From Eukaryota sp. TZLM1-RC (Eukaryota > Protista > Metamonada: BaSk clade): 64,000 nucleotides of DNA. The stretch lies in NCBI GenBank assembly GCA_040285825.1, contig JAUPSS010000001.1, positions 2,046,001 to 2,110,000 on the forward strand, written 5' to 3'. This document shows positions 57,890 to 64,000 of this stretch, piece after piece; the first letter of the stretch is position 1; each line of letters starts with the position of its first letter. A program made the position numbers and the translations under genes. The notes under the pieces are model-generated. The model searched no databases, was not told the origin of the DNA, and worked only from the letters and a program-made list of their open reading frames with translations.

Positions 57890-59440
57890 AATTGCCCAAG
57901 TGTTTCATTATTGGTAATCAGCATGCGGAGATGGCATTTAATGAAACTTTTATCAAATACGTTGATTACGAGGAAGATGCTATTCGGTTTCTTGGATCTT
58001 ATTTTGGAAATAGTGAAAAAGTTAAATCGATTTTGTCAGGTATTTTGGAAAAAATCGAAGAGCAACTTTTGGCTATTCAAGATCTAGAAATTGACAAACA
58101 TTTAGCGTTTTCGGTCCTAAATGTGTGTTTTGGATCGAAAATTAATCATCTTCTTCGTTCTTTATCTCCCACAATTTCTCATGATTTTGCACGTCAATTC
58201 AATACTTTGAGAACAAATTTCGTAGGAAATTTAGTAGAAGTTTGTCCATCTAAAATTCCTTATCATGCATTTTTTAGTCCTAAATTTGGTGGAGTTGGTT
58301 TTTCAAAAGCATAGTATTTATGCAAAAGTGCTTTTATTGGTGGTATGAAAAATTTTCTTTTTGAATGGAAACTTTGTTTTGATCATATTCCTTTGAATGA
58401 ATCACATCCTTTATTAATTTCTCTTGACAAAATGGTGCAAGAACTACCTGTTGATGTTTGGAATAGGAGTTTTCCTTCAAGTTTGCCTGCTGTGCCTTCG
58501 AGATCTTTCACCAATCTTCATCTTGCTGTTGTGAAATTACAGAAGTCTGTTCTTATTGGTTTTGAAGACCTGGATTTTTCTAAACGACTTAGTGTGACTA
58601 AGATTAATAATCCCGTCTTTGCTGCCTTTTTATCAGACATCCAGAACTGTACTAGTTTAATATCTCAGCAACCAAGGCCATTTGGTCTTCACGTAACAAA
58701 TGAAGCTTGGAAACAAAACATGCGGTTGAGATTAGGAATGTATCCAAGTGGTCTTTTGGACAATTCTTATTGTATTTGTAACAAAAAACCTACTGCCAAT
58801 TTCCGTCATATTGTGAGCTGTAAGAAATTTCTCCAATATAGGTCAGTTCTTCATAATGCCGTTCGTGATGTGACATATGAGATGTTCAAGTGTTACAATT
58901 TTAGTTGCAAAGTAGACCCTTTGTTGAAGCATTATAGTGATGATAATCTGTTTAATTCACGTCGAGGTGATTTAAATGCTCCTTTTGTGGATTCCTCTCA
59001 AGTTGTTGTTGATTTCACTACAGTTGATCCCTTTGCTTTTGTTTATCGTGATGATGTTTTACTTAGTACTAATGGTCATTTAAACAAGGCTGAAGATCGT
59101 AAGAGAGATAAATATACTGAGATATTAAATGATTTAAATATGAACCTTTATTCGAAGTTTTCGTTTGTTCCTTTTGCCTTTTCGATTTTTGGCAACATTG
59201 GACAATCCGCCTTGAATTTCATCAATGATTTTGGTAATTTTTGTCGTTCAAGTGGTAAGAATTTTGCAGAGAATTTATGGAAAAATCGTATCATTTTCGC
59301 TTTGTACAGAAGTGTTCCCAAGTACTTGAGTTTAATGATGTCCAAACTTTATAAGGATTCATCAAGAGTTGGCGTGGAGAATTTAGTTTCTTATGTGTTT
59401 TAGTTGTTTTGTTTTTATTTGATTCTTCGTAGAAAATAAA
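57890..59440 (+). mobile_element. 5'-truncated CRE-like family C copy (RT thumb to RLE)
   Basis: IRFLGSYFG, KINHLLRS, FGGVG, CIC...HIVSC, LHNAVRD, RRGDL, KRDKY. Confidence 0.92.
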
Positions 59441-59460
59441 TAATAATTAATAAATAAATA

Positions 59461-62400
59461 TTTTTTTTATTTATTGAATTTGTACACTTAATTAAATTAA
59501 CTCAATACTAATCGGACGACTATCATTGAACCAAGATTTCCTCTACAAAATCTTGATCTGCTTGCTGTCTAGCTAAAGCTTCTCTTATTCGATTGAAAAA
59601 CCGTGGTAATCTATTAATAATGGCAAATTGAATCCGTGAACGCCATAAAAATATATCAAATTTTCTCATTGTTTTTTCTTGCACCATTTTTTGGAAGTCA
59701 TTCAAAAAAGTTTCTGCTTCAACTGATAATCTGCCATTTATCGAAAATGGGAAAGCAACAAAAACCAGCTGTGTATTTCTATCGACATTAGCCTCTTCAA
59801 TATCTTTATCATATTTTCTATGTTTCTCTTTTGCTTTAAAATCCAGAGCAGCCACAGGATTAAGTTTTCTTCTATGAACCAAAGTATCATTTGCAACATT
59901 ACATGAGACAAAGTCAACAATAGCTTCAGAATTATCAATCCAATCACAGTATACATCACCTCTATCATCAGAACCAAAATTATTCAGAGAAAGTGTTTCC
60001 TTCAGCAGGGGCTCTTTGATACACGATATCCTTGCAGTTTGTGCCATAATGAAAACAGTGTCTCTAACAGCATCATGTAATGAAGAACGATAAGTTATCA
60101 ATTTAGAGCAATTCAGAGCATGGCTCAAAGTGAGTTGAGGTGAATTCGAACAAATACATTTTTCTTTTGATAATAATTGATTAATGGGGATGTTCAAATA
60201 TAATCTCATTTTTGTTACAAATGCTTCATTAGTGGCACACAACCCAAATCTTCGTGGTACAATAGTTACAAAAAGTGAACAATCTGACGACTTGTTTTCA
60301 CAAACACCCTTCTCCAATAACAATGAGTGAAGATCTTGATTTGAAACAGCCGAGCTGCATATATTATTATAAAGATCTTTTTCATACATTCCAGTCAATC
60401 GTTTCTGTAATGTTCGAAGAGTGTACTTCAAATTTAAAACATTTTTTTTCTGGAATATTGCCATTGAATGATTGGGGAAAACATCGACCCCATTTTTCTA
60501 CATCAATTTTTGAAATTTCTTCATTTAATGCAAAAACAGTGGAACTTTGCGTTGTCATCAATAAATCTTCCCAATCTGCAAATCTTTCGGAAAACTCAAA
60601 GATTGCATTTCTGCATCCACCAACAAAAGCACATGATGTAAGAATAGAAGCCTTCGTCCACCCTAAACCGCCATAATGTGGACTAAGGTAAGCATGATCT
60701 GGAATTTGAAACATTTTACATCCCAGTAATTGAGACAAAACTTTTGCACGTAACTCATTAAATTTCTGACCCAAAGGTCTAGTGACGAGAGGACTTGTAG
60801 ATCGAAATATATGATTAAAATTGGAACTAAAACACAGCCTTATAATGGTAAATTTGATGTGTTTTTTTATATCTGAATTCATCATTCGGTCAATTTTGTC
60901 AGAAATTGAGTTCAACTTTTCAAACAATTTTTTGGTAATTTCATCATTATTTCCTAAAAACGAACCCAAATGACGAATAGCATCAATCGAATATAATTTG
61001 GCTTGAATTTCAACACCATCAACTATTGTGAAAACTGGAGAATTCGATAACAAAACACATTTAAGTAAATTAAGTCGGAGACCAATTTTGGTAAATAATT
61101 CTTTAAAACATACAGTTGCTTCTTTCACACTATTTAAATTACCAATAAGCACAACATCATCCATATATGCAATCATTTTTAGTGAAGGAAACATCTCTTG
61201 AATTTGCAGTAAAATAGGATGAATGGCCAAACAAAACAAAAGAGGCCCTAACAGATCTCCTTGCTTTACACCACTTGATGAACTCAAAATGTTGTTACCA
61301 AAATGTAAATTAGAATATGTGCAATATGTTGATTGAAAATACGGTATTAATTCCGGCATATATTGCAATAGAGCACCATGGATACTGCGACGACTTAGTG
61401 AATTGAAAGCATTACTAAAATCCAATGACATACAAACATTGGATTCATTTTGGCGAAATAAAACATCAGTAGCAAATATCGCTGAAGAGACTCCATCTGT
61501 AGTATTTATACCATATTGAAAGGATAATAAAATTTTTTTTGCTTTCTCGTTGAACCTGCTTAAGCAACACGCAGAAATAATATTGTGGAAGCTCTCAGAA
61601 ACTGCAATAGGACGAACATCCATTTTTGAATTTTTGACAAGTGCAGTCAAACGAGAACTTCTTAATTCTTCTGGGTATTTGAGTTGACCAGATAATATTT
61701 GGTTGAAAAATTTGGTCAATAAACCAAGACAATCTTCTGAAGAAATAATCGCGGCTTTTACATGATCAATAGTAATACCAGAAAGTCCGGCAGACTTACC
61801 ACGTGGTCTCTTTTTGATCACCGAAAAAACTTCTGATGGCATCAATGGATAATTTTCCCAGTATGTACCATAAAAATTTTGATCCATTATAGGGTCTTCA
61901 TAAGGATGAAGTATTTTTAGTTTATCTATTGTATTTTCGTTGTTGGGTGCTTTAACTCCGGGACTTAAAGCTGACAAAGCCTTGGACCATTTGTTGTCAA
62001 AGCATTTGTCTTCAAAAATTTTACTTAATTTCTCGGATGATTGATTTCTCGGCGCTATATTAGTTAAATTTTCGGAATTATTTACAAAATTTTGTTCAAA
62101 AGGAGGACAAAAAGAACCAAAAAATTCCCAAATAATATTGATAGCATACTTTCCTTTACATAATTGATCCAAAAATCTTTGAAAAACGAAAGCAAATTCA
62201 TTGCATTTGGTCGGATGAATTTCTTGAGGTATTCTTATGGGAGGATGGTAGTTATCAACTATGCGGCATTTCAAGCATCGATCAGAAGTTTTTCCTTTTG
62301 CATTTTTTCTAAAAGAAATACCACAATTGTTGCAAGTTTTGTGCTTCAATCGATTGCTAACTAATTTTGCAACAACTTGTGGAGCATCATTTATGGGTTC

Positions 62401-62725
62401 TACATTAGACTCTTTTCTTCTAATAAATTTTCTTTTACATTTTGTTTCAGAATTTGCCACATTATATTTTCCAACATTGGGGCATGTTCGAGCATTATGT
62501 CCTTGTTGTCGACACTTTGAGCATCTGTAGGTGCGTGGCTTTGTTTTTGAACAAACTTTGTTTTCATTGTGATTTTCTAAAAATTCTTGATCAGAATTTT
62601 TTTTTCTCCAAAAATGAAGAGAGAAGAGGTTGAGGAGGAGAGGTGGAAAGGACGTCTTGAGCATTTTGTTGTCTATCGTTCTTTCTTTTGACTCCATTAG
62701 AATCAGAAACTGATTCAGGCATCAT
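59461..62725 (-). mobile_element. Near full-length CRE-like non-LTR retrotransposon, family B
   Basis: N-terminal CSKCRQQGHNARTC and CNNC..CLKC; RT (KSAGLSG, RPIAV, QYGI, LDFSNAFN, QGD, YMDD); C-terminal zinc finger, LHDAVRD, RLE; poly(A) at 59461-59468; frameshifts at A-runs near 62600 and 60445. Confidence 0.93.
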
Positions 62726-64000
62726 CAAGAAAGAATAGAAGCAATGATCGCGGTTCAGCCAGGTTGTAAGTTAAACGGTTATATGTAGAGGAAGGAAAAA
62801 AAATGATTCTTTTGATTGAGCTCATTTGCTGCATTGGCTCAAAATTGTTAAGTTAAGATTTGTAGTTGATTTGAAGCAGAAGGTATGAGATTGCTACACC
62901 AATTAATTTTATCTAACCACTAAACCAACAGAGTTGCTGATATATGAGTCTATCTTTTGATGAATTATTGAAGGGCCAACATCGCAATTTTGATCCTAAA
63001 TTTCTGTTGAAATGTTATCAAATATTGTTTTAAACTTTGAAGTAATATGTTTGTTTTTCCGGTCTAGCATTCCTATTAGAGGTTTTTTCAAATTCCTGAT
63101 AGAAAAACTATAAAAACTTTAATGTATTTTAAAACTCCTGTAAGGAGAATCACCAACTGTTGTGAAAAATCATTGAATTATATTTGCTAATTCAAGGCTT
63201 AAATTTGACTCTTCTATTTGTGTATTTACTTGCATTTATTCATGTGGTTCTGATACAGTTATAGCAGAATACAAGTACTACTTTGGCAACAAACTATATG
63301 GCACACAACATTGTGAAAACATGATCAACAATGAAACCCAACTGTTGGTTAATGTATGAGGCCAGAAATTATCTTTCACTTGGAATGGAAAAATGATAGT
63401 GTATAAATTTGACTTGTTGTTTGCACAATCCTAATTTTTTTTTCCACGGAGTTTTTTCTTTGTTTTGAATGATTCCATCTGTGAGGAAAATAGGTGGAAT
63501 TTTTGGGATTGTTTAATAAAAATCAATTTTATTTGTACCACTGCTTTTTCTGTACCTAAAAATTGAAGATAGTGTAAATTAACTATTTGTTCAAAAACTT
63601 AGTTATTAACGTGTCAAAATCCTGAAATTTCTTGTTACGAGCTGCTGTTACATTATCTACCATCTTTGTCCATCCTGACAAAACAAAATCTGTTTCTGAG
63701 GCCTGGTGATGAAAATCGTTTATACAAATCGCAGTTTATCCTTGAACCACAAACTGGAAAGTGGCAAAAGTTTTTGTCTGTGTAGTTGTTGGTATAATGA
63801 TAGAAAACATATAGAATAATGATTCATTACAGCTGTTTAATTAGTGGTGATTGTTCCGGAACTGTAACATTTGAATGTGGAAGTTAGACCTATTTGAGTT
63901 GAGAATTCACAGGTGGAAAAACAATTTTGGGATTTTTTCACAACATCCCATATTTCTTTGTTCCCAATCTTATTTGTTCCCACTTTTTTTTCCACCCGGT

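Noticed and set aside
28141-58320. Alternative genetic code (UGA=Trp or UAG/UAA sense), suggested by TGA at Trp positions in Fanzor B, RCC1 remnants and the chromodomain, and by the shared TAG in family C
   Set aside because: Long host ORFs (703-1729 aa) contain no internal TGA, TAG or TAA, and all three codons end host genes here; the stops occur only in decaying sequence.
62725-62900. HDV-like ribozyme or TSD at the 5' end of the near full-length CRE element
   Set aside because: Only a simple TTGAGC/GCTCAA hairpin is visible, and no duplicate of the 3' flank was found.
62900-64000. Terminal ~1.1 kb
   Set aside because: No ORF, repeat or RNA motif I can support.

Overview
AT-rich, compact eukaryotic DNA, probably from a flagellated protist. 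A metamonad is my inference from the WDR90-like and roadblock genes, the sparse tiny introns and the RCC1/kinase-LRR genes; I did not check it. Host genes: PRP43, PCYT2, a secreted Cys/Trp-rich protein, MCM7, ALDH3, an RCC1-repeat protein, roadblock/LC7, WDR90-like, a 1729-aa TmcB-like membrane protein, THOC7-like, a kinase-LRR protein, tRNA-Asn(GTT) and tRNA-Arg(ACG). Between them lie about 20 fragments from roughly six families of CRE-like RLE non-LTR retrotransposons (one near full length, several nested with target-site duplications) and one young Ty3/Gypsy element with 154-bp LTRs. The best candidate for a novel system is a set of Fanzor (eukaryotic TnpB-like RNA-guided nuclease) remnants. 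Family A has two copies, one followed by a structured omegaRNA-like 3' region abutting PRP43. Family B is absent from the ORF track and has a long helical insertion in its zinc finger. Also notable: four 28-35 nt introns with a fixed branch-point position, and clustered Giardia Myb2-type CTACAG motifs upstream of the secreted protein. All calls come from reading motifs by eye; no searches or folding programs were run, and TE fragment boundaries are approximate.
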